A DNA stretch of 63,964 bases, filler included, from Intoshia linei (Eukaryota; Animalia; Orthonectida), in assembly GCA_001642005.1 (NCBI GenBank). It is 8 parts of 8 records of this genome, joined end to end, with 100 filler letters (N's around TTAATTAATTAA, not from the genome) between each part and the next. Parts side by side here need not be neighbours in the genome. Positions count along the whole stretch, not along the records: positions 43,037 to 55,039 come from LWCA01001120.1; positions 55,140 to 59,342 come from LWCA01001968.1; positions 59,443 to 62,523 come from LWCA01002147.1; positions 62,624 to 63,964 come from LWCA01002663.1; 4 more parts are not named here. One strand, given 5' to 3'. Shown here in pieces: positions 52,019 to 63,964 of the stretch. Both the position numbers and the translations under genes were made by a program. The notes under the pieces are model-generated. The model was not told the origin of the DNA, did not search any database, and saw only the letters and a list, made by a program, of their open reading frames with translations. The stretch's first letter is position 1; each line of letters starts with the position of its first letter.

Positions 52019-52620
52019 TATCTATATAAAATATAAAAATATTTATAGAAATTTCAATGGTAAAACGTAAGGTGTGCTGAATTTCAGCCTGAACCGGAGG
52101 TGTAACGCACACCCGTCGAAAAATTCACCCTGTCAATGCTACCTGCAAAACTCAAATTAAAAGTTTACAATAATTAAATAAACATTAAACACTCAGTTGT
52201 TGCCTAACATTTTAAATTGAAAATACGTTTTGTTGTATCATTTTAAATTTAACATCAGCATATATACTTATTTAAATGAACTTTTTGTGTCGTAAGAATG
52301 GCTCTCCCATTAAAAACGTGGTAATTTTTAAAAAAAATGGTTCATATCATTAGTTTACAAAGAAAATTAAGTTAGTACCATTTTAATATAATTAATTATA
52401 TAGTCGACAATAAAAGTATTTTTATGTAAAATTTTATTTTTTGGTAGAATTAGAAAAGTCCGCCCTCGGAAACCTAGGTACTGTTTTTACTAAGTACAAA
52501 ACAGTCAAGCTAGTTTTAATATGTAAATTAAAAGTTTGTGCTCATTATGAGATTTCACAACTTATATAAACAAAACAATATATTTTATTATCTTTTAAAT
52601 TAAATAATAATTATGTTTAG

Positions 52621-53931
52621 TTAGAAATGATATGCGAAAATAACTATAATGGTAAAGAATACACAATTCGTACATCAGATGGGTACATTCTAACAATGCA
52701 CCGAATCAAATCACAAAAAAAGGCACCTGTAGTTTTATTAATGCATGGTTTATTGTGTTCATCGGCTATTTGGGTGGACAATGGACCACGATACTCTTTA
52801 GGTTATTTTACTTGCATTAATTCTAAATACATTAGCATATCAGTTAGCCGATTCTGGATACGATGTTTTCATGGGAAATGTACGAGGAAATGTATATAGT
52901 CGAAAACATGTAAATTTGAATCCTAGTGCCAAACAATTTTGGGATTTTACGTACAATTTACGAATTTTAAAACATATACAAAATATTAGGTTTCATGAAA
53001 TGGGAGTTCATGATTTACCTGCCATGCTGGACTTTATTAAAGAAAAGACTAACCAAGAACGCATAAGTTATGTTGGACATTCTCAGGGATGTATCATGTT
53101 GTTAACTCTTTTATCCACGTATCCAGAATGGAATAACAGAGTATGTTATTAATTTTTTAGGATTTTAATTTTACAATTATTAAGTTAAATTATTCAAATT
53201 TTGAAGTGCTTTACTCCGGTAGTTTTTTTAATCATTTTTGACTTTTATTTTTTTGCATTGTGTTATATTTACCCTCCTCCTTATCGTATTTTTGAGTTTC
53301 AAAAAAAGCGTAAAATTGGACATCCTAATGAATGTACAATAGTTATATAATTGGTGATTAAAATAAGTATGCCAAACTTTAGTCAAATTAAATTGTATTT
53401 AAAACTACAATGTTAAAATATATATTTTACTACAGATTGATACTCATTATGCACTGGCTCCAGTCGGTAGTCTAACAACTCCATCAAATATGATTAAAAC
53501 AATTTTAAAATTCTTTGATAGTACTCGCATTGTAAGTAAAATTTATAAAAATATATTTGTTTAGGCTTTGGTAAGATCTATGTTTGGAGAAGAATTTCTA
53601 CCTCACAGCGGAGTTAGTAAATTTTTACAATTGTTTCATGCATTCATTCGACCCAGCAATTTTATCAAAACTATAAATTTGTTATCCGGACCGGATAATA
53701 ATTGTTTAATTAAAGTAAAAATACAATTCTTTATTCATACAATTTAGGAAATGTGTCATAATTACCTTAAAAATATTCCTGCTGGTACTTCGGTCAAAAA
53801 TATGATTCACTATAATCAGGTATTATTTTTATTGTCATGTTATGTAAGTTTTCAAGATTGTCAAACGTGGAAATGGAATTTTTCATCGTTATGATCATGG
53901 AGTTGATGACAACAATAAATTCTACAATTCT
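52621..53931 (+). CDS. Acid lipase family protein (LIPA/LIPF-like), both ends not located
   Basis: TSDGYILTMHRI, PVVLLMHGLLCSSAIW, SLAYQLADSGYDVFMGNVRGNVYSRKH, FWDF, EMGVHDLPAMLDFI, YVGHSQG nucleophile elbow, ALAPV, PAGTSVKNMIHYNQ, YDHG. Confidence 0.92.
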
Positions 53932-55508
53932 GTATGTTTTAAATTATTTACTGGTATAAATTATACCGTATACATTACACGGTATAGTGCATTGAAAATT
54001 TAACATTTGAAAATTACTCAGTTTCCTTAAATGTGGCAACTATATTGAAAATAGTTTTTTAGGAACTAATTTAGGAACTCTTTTAAAATCACTTGTAAAT
54101 TTGATCATGTAGGATGAACCAAGGACAGCTTAAACTTAGTATACATATATATGTATATATAGTATACAGTATTCTTTGGATGAACAGAATTATTTTTAAA
54201 TCAAAATTTAAAATGAGTAAATATTTGTTTATCAAAGAATATTCCGAGAAATTTGATTAACTGATGAGAAATTAAAAATAAAACGTACACTAATCGCCCT
54301 TGATTATTGAATACGTTGTTGTCGTATATAATTTGTTTTTACTGGGATATCTACGTTTAATATAATTAATAATAAAAACGTATAGGATAAACCACCGAAG
54401 TACGACTTTGAAAAGGTTACAGTTAGGACGCATATACATTACGGAGGATGCGATATTGTTGCAAACCCTAAGGTAATTTATCAATGATAATAATTCTATA
54501 TGATTAGGATATAAAAATTCTAGCTTCTACGTTGAATGTTGACAGAGAACCAGAATTATATAAAACATGGAACCACGCTCATTTCATATGGTCTACAGAT
54601 TGTCACACTTCAGTATATAATGATATTATTTCCAATATAAATCAAAGATTTCCTCGTTAGTTGTATTTTTTACCTGTACAAATACAATGTATTATGTAAT
54701 GATATAAAATGTAATATTTTAAATAAATTGTTTTAATTTGAATAAAAGTGTTGTAATAGTGAAGTTACAGTTCAGTTGGAACTGTTACTGTCATTGTTTG
54801 AGCACATGTATTTGCATTTCTATTTTGATAATGGTAGATTCGGGCTTTAAATCTACAAGATTCTTCGAACTTCAGATATAATAACCTTCTTTAAATATAC
54901 AACAAAATTAGTATTATCGTGATATCGCGATCTGTTGTTACTTTCAATTACAGTGGAAATTTGATTCTGAAAACACTTCTTAGTAAAAACACTTGTTAAT
55001 ACATACAGCAAATACTAAATTTAACTTTATATTTCAAGANNNNNNNNNNNNNNNNNNNNNNNNNNNNNNNNNNNNNNNNNNNNTTAATTAATTAANNNNN
55101 NNNNNNNNNNNNNNNNNNNNNNNNNNNNNNNNNNNNNNNTAGTTTTGTTTAATAAATGTTAAAATTAGTTTCAATAGTATTTATAAATGTTTTCCAATGA
55201 TAATATAAAAGTTTGGAAATTTAAACATTATTTTAGAACAAAAAGTCATGATAATATGTAAACATTATTTCGGAACAGAGAAAGTATTATTCAAAAATAT
55301 AATTTTTTTAAATGCTGTTGCTGACACAGGATAAATAAATAAACAAATAAAATGATGCTATCATTTTACACAAATTTATTCGAAGCCCCTTAGAGGTCTT
55401 AGGTACGGTAGGTTCGGCTCTAATAGTTTCCGTTGGCAACGCAAAATTCATTGTTTTAAAAATACGTTTCATTTTTCACGTCACTGTATTTAAAATTAAA
55501 TTGTATAC

Positions 55509-57258
55509 ATTTAATTGAATTGAAAGATTTTCTGAATCGAAAACGCCATTAAATATAGGAAATTCCTTCAAAGCGAATGAACAAGCCTAAAATTATAAAC
55601 TGCACAATACAAACAAAAATGAAATACGTACTTTAATAAAGATTGGCATAAAGGTTATTTGTTCATCATTTTTGTTAAAAATTCTTCGTAAACTAATCAT
55701 TTCATCCATTTCAACAATATCGCACAAACCAAACTGTGGTACCAAAATAGACTTTTGCATGTTTTTACACATGCTTCTTTGAAACATGTTCAATTTTATT
55801 TCAGAGTTGCATAGTGAATCAGTATCTGAATCTAGGTATAATTGTTCTTGAGATTTCGATTTTTCATGATTTTCATAGGTTTTATTTTCTGCTAAATATA
55901 ATAACATGTCTTCCTTGATGATTCTGTTGTTGGGTCCAGTGCCTTTTATAATTGACAAGTCAATCTATAATAAATTTAAATAATGCTGTTAAATGAAAGT
56001 ATTGCAACACTTTAAAAAATAGTATATGTCAGGTCCACTGAGAGGGGTATGGTCAATAGTACAGTATAATCAACTGACGTCTGCCAATATCAATATCATA
56101 ATTTAACAGTATCAAACGTAGACAATAAGACAAGCTAATTTAACCTATATGCCTCGTGTAAAGGCAGCACTATTTTTGTAGCCCGTCATTTTTTGTGCAT
56201 CAAAAAAATTAAATAAACTACTAAAAAATATCATAATATTAATTTTTGTTCCATATTACTATTATTATAGTATTAGATTACTTAGGAAAATATGATATTT
56301 TTGTTCATCTTAGAATTTTTTCATTCTGTTAAGACAACGTACCATTTCTCATACATTTATGAAATTAAAATGTAAATTTTACACATTTTATAATTTGGAA
56401 TTTTGCATGTAGTGTGGTTGCCTGAGTGATTATGAACGATTTTTCTAGATGTTAGAAATTTGTTATGAATATATTACGTCATGTTCAGAAGCCATTCGTC
56501 TGATAGCTGGTGTTGTCATTATTTTCTTATTGTTTTTACTGTGAGATTTATTAACACTATCATTAGACATATTATGAATAGAATTAGTATTATCCTTTTT
56601 CATATTTGATTCGGTATCTTCAAAAGTTGAATTTGTAACATTGTCAAGTAGTAAATCTAAAAGTAGTAACATTTTATCATCAAGTTGTAATTTTTTCCAA
56701 TATTTTATGTCTAATCAAAATGATAGGACCCTTCGCGTCCAACAAGTGGAAACATTGTTAAATTCAACCTTAAAGACTGCTAAGCTTTTTTCAAAACACA
56801 CAAAAATTACCATCGGTTTCAATACTGACAAGAGAATCTCCAACTTTGATAATGCTATCAACATCATGATGAACCTTTGAAATAATTCCATCATATCTAG
56901 AAGTAATAACAACAGAAGATTTGTCACTTTGAACTTCACAAATATCTTGAAATTGTTCAATTTTATCTCCCTCTTTAATAAACCTAAACATCAACAACCA
57001 TTAAACCGAAATGAAACGAATTTTAACCATTTCTTAAGAGCCACTTCGTGAATTCCCTCTCCAATGTCGGTTAAACTGAAAACTTTGCAAGAAAAAACTA
57101 AATTTTAAAAGTTTCTTAAATTCACCAAATTTAAAAACACGATTGGCTGTAAATTTTCCAAGAAATGATTTTTTGCGCATTTAAATTTCCAATAAGTTTA
57201 GAAATCTTTAGAAAAACCTATACAAAAATCAAGATAAATGCAATGTTAAATTAACCAT
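55509..57258 (-). CDS. DBT: Dihydrolipoamide branched-chain transacylase E2; 3' end probably in or beyond the gap
   Basis: FSLTDIGEGIHEV.LKKWFIKEGD, lipoyl motif ICEVQSDKSSVVITSRYDGII, subunit-binding TTPAIRRMASEH / IKGTGPNNRIIKEDM, core ITFMPIFIKACSFALKEFPIFN. Confidence 0.92.
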
Positions 57259-57321
57259 TTCAATATTTTATTTTATTTACAATTTTATGTTGTCAGTAAC
57301 ATGATGTGCAAATAATCTTTA

Positions 57322-57789
<468 letters not shown>

Positions 57790-57929
57790 CTATAAATAAA
57801 ATAAAATAATACAAATAATATTACTAAAAATCGAATGTTGAATGAATGGAGGTTAAGTGTCACATAGATGTAAGAATCAAAAAAATTAAGAATACTCAAT
57901 ATATAGTCAATATAAATTTCATTTTCAGA

Positions 57930-58880
57930 AATTAACAAAAATCTTATATTTTAACGGCCAAAACCTCAAATTACCCTTTTTTGTAAAAAATTAAAAAAGT
58001 CTTAGAATTGTATACAACATAAATTCTGGGATAATTTTTAAAATCATAAGTATTATCATAAATAGAAACCTCAAAAAAGATTATTTTCACGATCAAAATC
58101 ACAGATTACTCTTTTTTTAAAAAATGAAAATAGCCCTAAAATTTAAAAAAAAATTACGGATGATACAGTTATATCCTGTTAACACACACAAAAAATTTCA
58201 ATGTGACAAAGTGACACCTTCAAGGTCAAAAAAGCATTTTAGTATTCATATATTTTTTTTATGAAATATTTTATTAAAACAAAAAATTTGAAATAATTAA
58301 TGGCCCTACAATTAAAAAAACACTTTATTCTGATACAGCTTATTCCAGTTGATATAAATTCAAAATTTAACCCCATAAATCAACGCATTCCCCATTATTT
58401 CACATTTTTTGTTTTAATAAAATATTTCGGAAAAAAATATATGAATACTAAAATGCTTTTTTGACCGTGAAGTCGTAACTTATTCGGATTGAAATTTTTT
58501 GTGTGTGTTAACAGGATACCACTCTACCACCTGTAATGTTTTTTAAATTCTAGAGCTGTTTTCATTAAAAAATAAATATTAATTTGTGGTTTTGGCCCTG
58601 AAGATGAATTTTTTTTAAATTTAAATTTATGATGATATTTATGATTTTAAAATCTGTATCAGAGTATAGATTTTTTTAAATTCTCCAACTCGTTTGATTT
58701 TCAAAAAAATGACAATTGGGGTTTTTGACCCGTAATATTTGAGTTTCGGAGGTTAAACTTTATCTTATTATATTCCCCGGTAAAAACTGTAATTGAAATG
58801 TGGACTTTATATAATGCTAAGACTAGTAGTTATTGAAATTAACGATGAAAAACACATATATAATACATATTATATAAGCC
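57930..58880. mobile_element. Two oppositely oriented Helitron-family internal segments in a COQ5 intron
   Basis: ~58170-58300 is the imperfect reverse complement of ~58395-58520; the same sequence occurs at ~14520, ~29570, ~31870 and, reversed, ~18480. Confidence 0.7.
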
Positions 58881-58900
58881 TTATATAATATCCCTTATAT

Positions 58901-59342
58901 CAGAGGTTCTCAACGTGATCTATGTCGCCCACAAGTGGGCCACAGAAAATTTTCAACATTAAAAAAGCATTGGTGTATTAAGCCATAAAATTGCTAACCA
59001 AAACAAAATCTATAAATGCATAATGAATTTGAAATATAAATTTGGAATTATGGTTTACAAATCTTCAAAACTTTGAACCAGATGATAAAACCAGTCCTGA
59101 ATTCACTGAAAAACTCTTGGATTTAATTTAATTATTTTAAGTCTTAAAAGAAGATTTGCAATTAGTAAGACGAATAAAAAAGAATATATATTTGGATTTA
59201 TGGCAATTCAAGAATCAAATCCAATTGTGTTTGATAATGTTCAAACAAGTATTATTGCTTTTCCTACAACACGGCTTGTAGAAGCTGAATTTTCAGCAGT
59301 GGTCGATATTTTTAGTAAGAGGTCAAAATTGGATGTGAACAA
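58901..59342 (+). mobile_element. Internally deleted hAT element
   Basis: CAGAGGTTCTCAAC left end followed by IIAFPTTRLVEAEFSAVVDI dimerisation-domain remnant. Confidence 0.7.
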
Positions 59343-59442
59343 NNNNNNNNNNNNNNNNNNNNNNNNNNNNNNNNNNNNNNNNNNNNTTAATTAATTAANN
59401 NNNNNNNNNNNNNNNNNNNNNNNNNNNNNNNNNNNNNNNNNN

Positions 59443-60602
59443 TAAAATAATACAATTAATTATGTTAATTAAATGAAAATATTAGATAAATATATAAAAT
59501 TACTAATATTTAGTATTCCATCTTTTATTTTGTATAACTGATGCAATTTTTCTGGGCAATGAGGCATACAAACCTTGAATAGTTTCTAGAAATACGCGGT
59601 CTCATTCTTTCTGTATAAATCTCCACAGTTCTTATAAATTGGTTGGATGTAGCTTATAAACTTTATCTTTCAAAATTTTCCACATATGTTTAATAATATT
59701 TAGATCTGGGCTTTGCGCAGGCCATTCTTTTAATGTTTTTATACGATTTACCCTGATAAATCGGCAGGTTGTGTTTGCTGTGTGGAAAAGTGCTCCATTT
59801 TGCTGCATTTTCAATACATGGAAAAAATTTTCCTCATTTGCTTTTCCAAGGATTCACTGGTATTCTTGAGCGTTTACTTCTCCTTCACATTTAATTAATA
59901 TTCTTTTTTCATCTGCCTTAATACTTTCACAAATCATAATTGATTGGCTATGTTTTATGCTTTTATTTGTTTACCTTGACAAAAACTTTGTTTTTTGGGT
60001 ATTCGTACATTTTCTCTCCTTTTTGAAAACAATTCAAATCTACTTTCATCAGTAAAGGCTACATTTTGCCATTGGTTCGTCCATTCCACTTTTGCTTAAA
60101 ACCATTTTAATGGGTTTTTCATTGATTCCTTTTTATAATAGCCTCTTCCCTAAATTTTAGCATTCGTTTTCGACCTGATCTTGGCACATCAGCTATGCCT
60201 AACCCCTGTTTATATTTTTTAATTATATTTTGTATCGCAAATCGGGACATTATTAAGGTTTTACTTATAAAAACCTAAATTTTTCCTTCCTTGAATAAGA
60301 ACACAATATTGCATCCTTTTTCGTCACTTATACGCGTCATTTATAGATCATTACATTTTAGTTTTTATTGAAATTTATTTTAGTTTAATTGAAATTATGA
60401 AAGTGCCTAAGACTTATGTCGCTCGGAAATTTGCAATTTTAATTAAAAATACCTATATTTCATTAATTATTAAATTTTTAGGGTTGTTAAATATTTTTTC
60501 TTGATCATACATCAGATATGATATAAGAAAATGTCTTAAATCATGAACCAGGAATATTTAAATTAATTACAATGGGGTGCCTAAGATTTATGTCGCGCAC
60601 TG
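59443..60602 (-). mobile_element. Tc1-like transposon with frameshifted transposase
   Basis: TA|CAGTGCGCGACATAAATCTTAGGCACCC TIR with an inner direct repeat at ~60402-60423; ATG at 60340; remnants RSGRK, WQNVAFTDESRFELF, MQQNGALFH, WPAQSPDLNIIKHMW. Confidence 0.9.
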
Positions 60603-60699
60603 TACATTGTAGAATTTATTGTAATTTAGCCTTAACTGTAAATGTTTTATTTGCTGTTTATATATTTTTAAATTCTTTATCTCGCCAATTTTTTCTAAA

Positions 60700-61040
60700 T
60701 CCCAAGAATGTCGAGTTATAGCGAGAATACTGTATGTATTACAATAGTTTATTCTCATTTCATGGACATTTTTTATTCCCACTGTATATCTTTCTTTTAA
60801 TTATGGATCATAGATTTTCAATACAATTAAGATCGGGAGAATTTGGCGGCCAACACATTATTTTTTCTGATCCATAGCCATTTGATGAAAGATATTCTTT
60901 TGTATAACGGGATGCGTGACTTAAGGCATAATCATGCAAAAAAATGAAATTTTTAAAAAAGCTTTTTCCTCTTTTTTTTATCCACGAAAAAACTGTATTT
61001 TTTAAAAACGCGCAGTATGATCGAAACATTAGAAACACCT
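60700..61040 (-). pseudogene. Second Tc1-family transposase fragment (DDE C-terminal part)
   Basis: FLHDYALSHAS...WPPNSPDLNCIENL*SIIKRKIY. Confidence 0.85.
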
Positions 61041-61364
61041 CAGAATGTAATATTATATGATTGTAAAAATATTACAAATAATATGAACGGACAAATGGTC
61101 ATTAATATTCTTCATGATACTCTTAAAAATAATTAAACAAAAAAAACAAAGAAACTTTTTAACAGATAATTTTAAAAAATATTTGATTTTTGTACTACAA
61201 CAAATAATACATTTTTTATACATCTTGTCAAGACATAAATTAGGGATCGGAAACCTTTTGCATCTAGTACACCACTTTTCTATTTTTTACAACAATTCAC
61301 ACATATCACGGTAGGCAATTTAATGTAATTTAATTTAAATTTAATGTTGAATCAACATTAATCA

Positions 61365-61860
61365 AGAATCTATCTGAATCGTGCGGTTTCAAGCATACTT
61401 TTTCTTCTGCGTACAATCACAAGAGCACGGGATCAGTCGAACGCCTAAATCGAACATTGAGAAATAAAATTAGGACCAACCGTAATGAAAATAAAGACAA
61501 TTAGGATGTTCTTTTACCACTTTTCTTACTATCAATACGCAATTGTCTCACCAAGAACTGGATATAGACCATCTGAAATCTTATTCCAAAAATCGTTAAG
61601 TATGCCAATCCACAACCTCAATCAAAAATATTCAATTGATACAAACAAAATAAAGAAAACAAACAACAAATATATTGATAAAATGAAACAAAACTATGAC
61701 CGCCTAGCCCTAAAAAATTTAAACTGTCATGCTGCAAAATTCATAACTTACCTCGCAAATTTAAAAACCAACCAGCCTACTCACGTAAGGCAGTCAGACA
61801 AATTCGTAAACCTTATCATTTTAAGGATTACGATTTGTCTTAGGAGGACCCAGTAACAAT
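61365..61860 (+). pseudogene. Ty3/Gypsy-type integrase remnant
   Basis: GFKHTFSSAYNHKSTGSVERLNRTLRNKI, then TGYRPSEILF...MKQNYD in a shifted frame. Confidence 0.8.
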
Positions 61861-61959
61861 ATAATCATTATCAATATACATAGATCTAATTACATTATCA
61901 ATCAAGTAAAATCAAGTCAACAGAAATTATATTGTAACTTCTATATTCTATATCTGTAC

Positions 61960-62523
61960 AGAAAGAAAAGATGATTATGTTAGACTTCTTTTGCACACTG
62001 AAATCACGTGGTTGTCAAAAGGAAATTGTTTGTCTCGTTTTGTGTCTCTTTATGATAGTATTGTAGAATTTTTATTTTATTGTAGATTTTATCTGAACAA
62101 ATTAAATTAAATAGGAACAATACATATTACTTGTCTTTTATTTTTAATATGTTAAATGATGTTACCCTGCGTTTACAAGGGACACTTATCACATTGATAG
62201 ACTAAACGTGTTCTAAAAGCATTCAAGGAAAAAATTATAGTTTATCGCAGAAATGTGAGAGATAGGAATTTTGATAATATGCTGGATATACAAAATTCCA
62301 TATCTGATGAAGACATATTGCATTATTGCCATTATTTGACAACATTAAAAGAAGATTTTGAGGCTAAATTCAAGGATTTATTTAATTTACAAATTCATTC
62401 AGGGATGATAGATCTATTTAACTGCAACATTAATGATGCCCACTGTACAGTTGTTGAAGAATTAATAACATTGCAATGCGACGAAGAAGCCAAGTACCGT
62501 TTTGAGAAAGGTGGAAATTTTTC
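61960..62523 (+). pseudogene. hAT (Buster/ZBED5-like) transposase fragment
   Basis: YVRLLLHTEITWLSKGNCLSRFVSLYDSI, LRLQG, YCHYLTTLKEDFEAKFKDL, EELITLQCD; contains stops and frameshifts. Confidence 0.88.
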
Positions 62524-63964
62524 NNNNNNNNNNNNNNNNNNNNNNNNNNNNNNNNNNNNNNNNNNNNTTAATTAATTAANNNNNNNNNNNNNNNNNNNNN
62601 NNNNNNNNNNNNNNNNNNNNNNNCTTTTACGATACAAGTATTTTTAATTTTATTTTTTTTATAAAATTTAATATTTTGGAGTCATTTTTCAGTATGCTAA
62701 ATCAATTGACGGTAATTTAAGATTTCTTGATTTAGATTTTTTACACAAATTATTAATGCAAATTATTTTATTCAGTGTTTACATCATAAAACCCCCAAAT
62801 TGACGAAATTTTTTACATGAGAAAAACGCTAGTCGGTTAATTAGTATTTCTCCAAATTCAAGTGGAATCCTGTTAATCAGGCATTGGATAGTATTATAAT
62901 TTTTATCATGTTAAAAAATGTTTTTTGAAACAATTGTTAACTGGTCAAAATAAGATTAAGATTAAACACTAAAAAAGCTAAAATTTTATGAATAGCATAA
63001 TTATGGGTCCCATGTTGAACTTAAGATATTCGAGAGCCTCTTTGAGTAGTGCAGTACTCGTCGTAATTTTTGTAAAATTGGGCTTCATTTTTTCAAATTT
63101 AGCAATAAAAATTTAAATTACAATTCTAACAATTTCTAAACGCTAGAGCAGTGTTCCCAAATTGGTCCACTGGAAATTCTAGGTTATTCACTAAAAAAAT
63201 TTAAATAAAATGAAGATTTTGGGTGCTAAATTTAAAATGTTAAGTCAAGAGCCTTGGATAGGTGGATAGGGACTATATGACACTAGGCATAGTTTGCAAA
63301 AAAGTTTTTTGAGCCTATTTATTTTCGGTGGCCTCGAGCTTTGTAGGTTTGGCTCTGTGCACAAGGGTCCTTACCGTAAAATCAACCAAAATTTGTGATA
63401 AAATAAAGATATATTTACAAATAATATTCGCTGCCATTTCCTACACTAATATTTTGTCCATCGGTTCAGAAACAGTGAAATGTTGAATATGTTATTCATA
63501 ATTAACTCAAGAAATGTCATCTTATTCATAAATTCTATTTTTCTTTAATGAAAAATTAATAATTTCATTAATTGGGTGGGCCAAGGAATGAAAAATTTTT
63601 TTTGGAATAAATTACAATTTGCAAACCGTCACATGGATGATAATTTGTATAAGAATGAAAAGAAAATCAATCAATGTTTTTTAATTGAATAATGGAATGG
63701 GCGAATAGTGGAGGGTTCGCTGTATTAATTAATTATAAAGTCACATTTATTTCACTTCAATACTTCATGTACTTTAAAATTATTAAAAATTACATAACCC
63801 CAAAAAAGTAGCGTTACAAAAATCTGGCTTTTACAGAGATCGACATGTTTATGATGACCTCTGGCTCCCCATGGACCCTGTGTATAATGCTTTGTTTATA
63901 TTATATTTTGTTAATGTAAAGTATTTTAGAGTCTGGCGTTATTATCTATCTTAATAATGACGAA

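Noticed and set aside
54112-54140. AG-DEPRTA* as the lipase last exon
   Set aside because: Would delete the catalytic Asp/His; the true 3' exons more likely lie in gap 55040-55139

Overview
Very AT-rich animal genomic scaffold with seven 100-bp assembly gaps (N-TTAATTAATTAA-N linkers). Genes are broken by tiny introns (mostly 34-38 nt) plus a few long, transposon-filled introns. This style fits a compact-genome invertebrate parasite such as an orthonectid, but that is inference and unverified. Manual splicing gives: a complete protein disulfide isomerase whose N-terminal active site is atypical (SCDHC) and whose longest intron holds an antisense U1 snRNA gene; a protein kinase D apparently lacking C1 domains; a complete, unusual Hv proton-channel homologue (two-arginine S4, ~150-aa S1-S2 loop); FBXW7/SEL-10; YRDC; a 3' fragment of eIF2-gamma; a large orphan type-I membrane glycoprotein built mostly from phase-1 exons; an acid lipase; and DBT, starting only 63 bp after the COQ5 stop on the same strand. 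The rest is dense with non-autonomous Helitron-like elements, hAT and pogo MITEs, and Tc1/mariner, hAT and LTR-integrase relics. All gene models were spliced by eye with no database searches.
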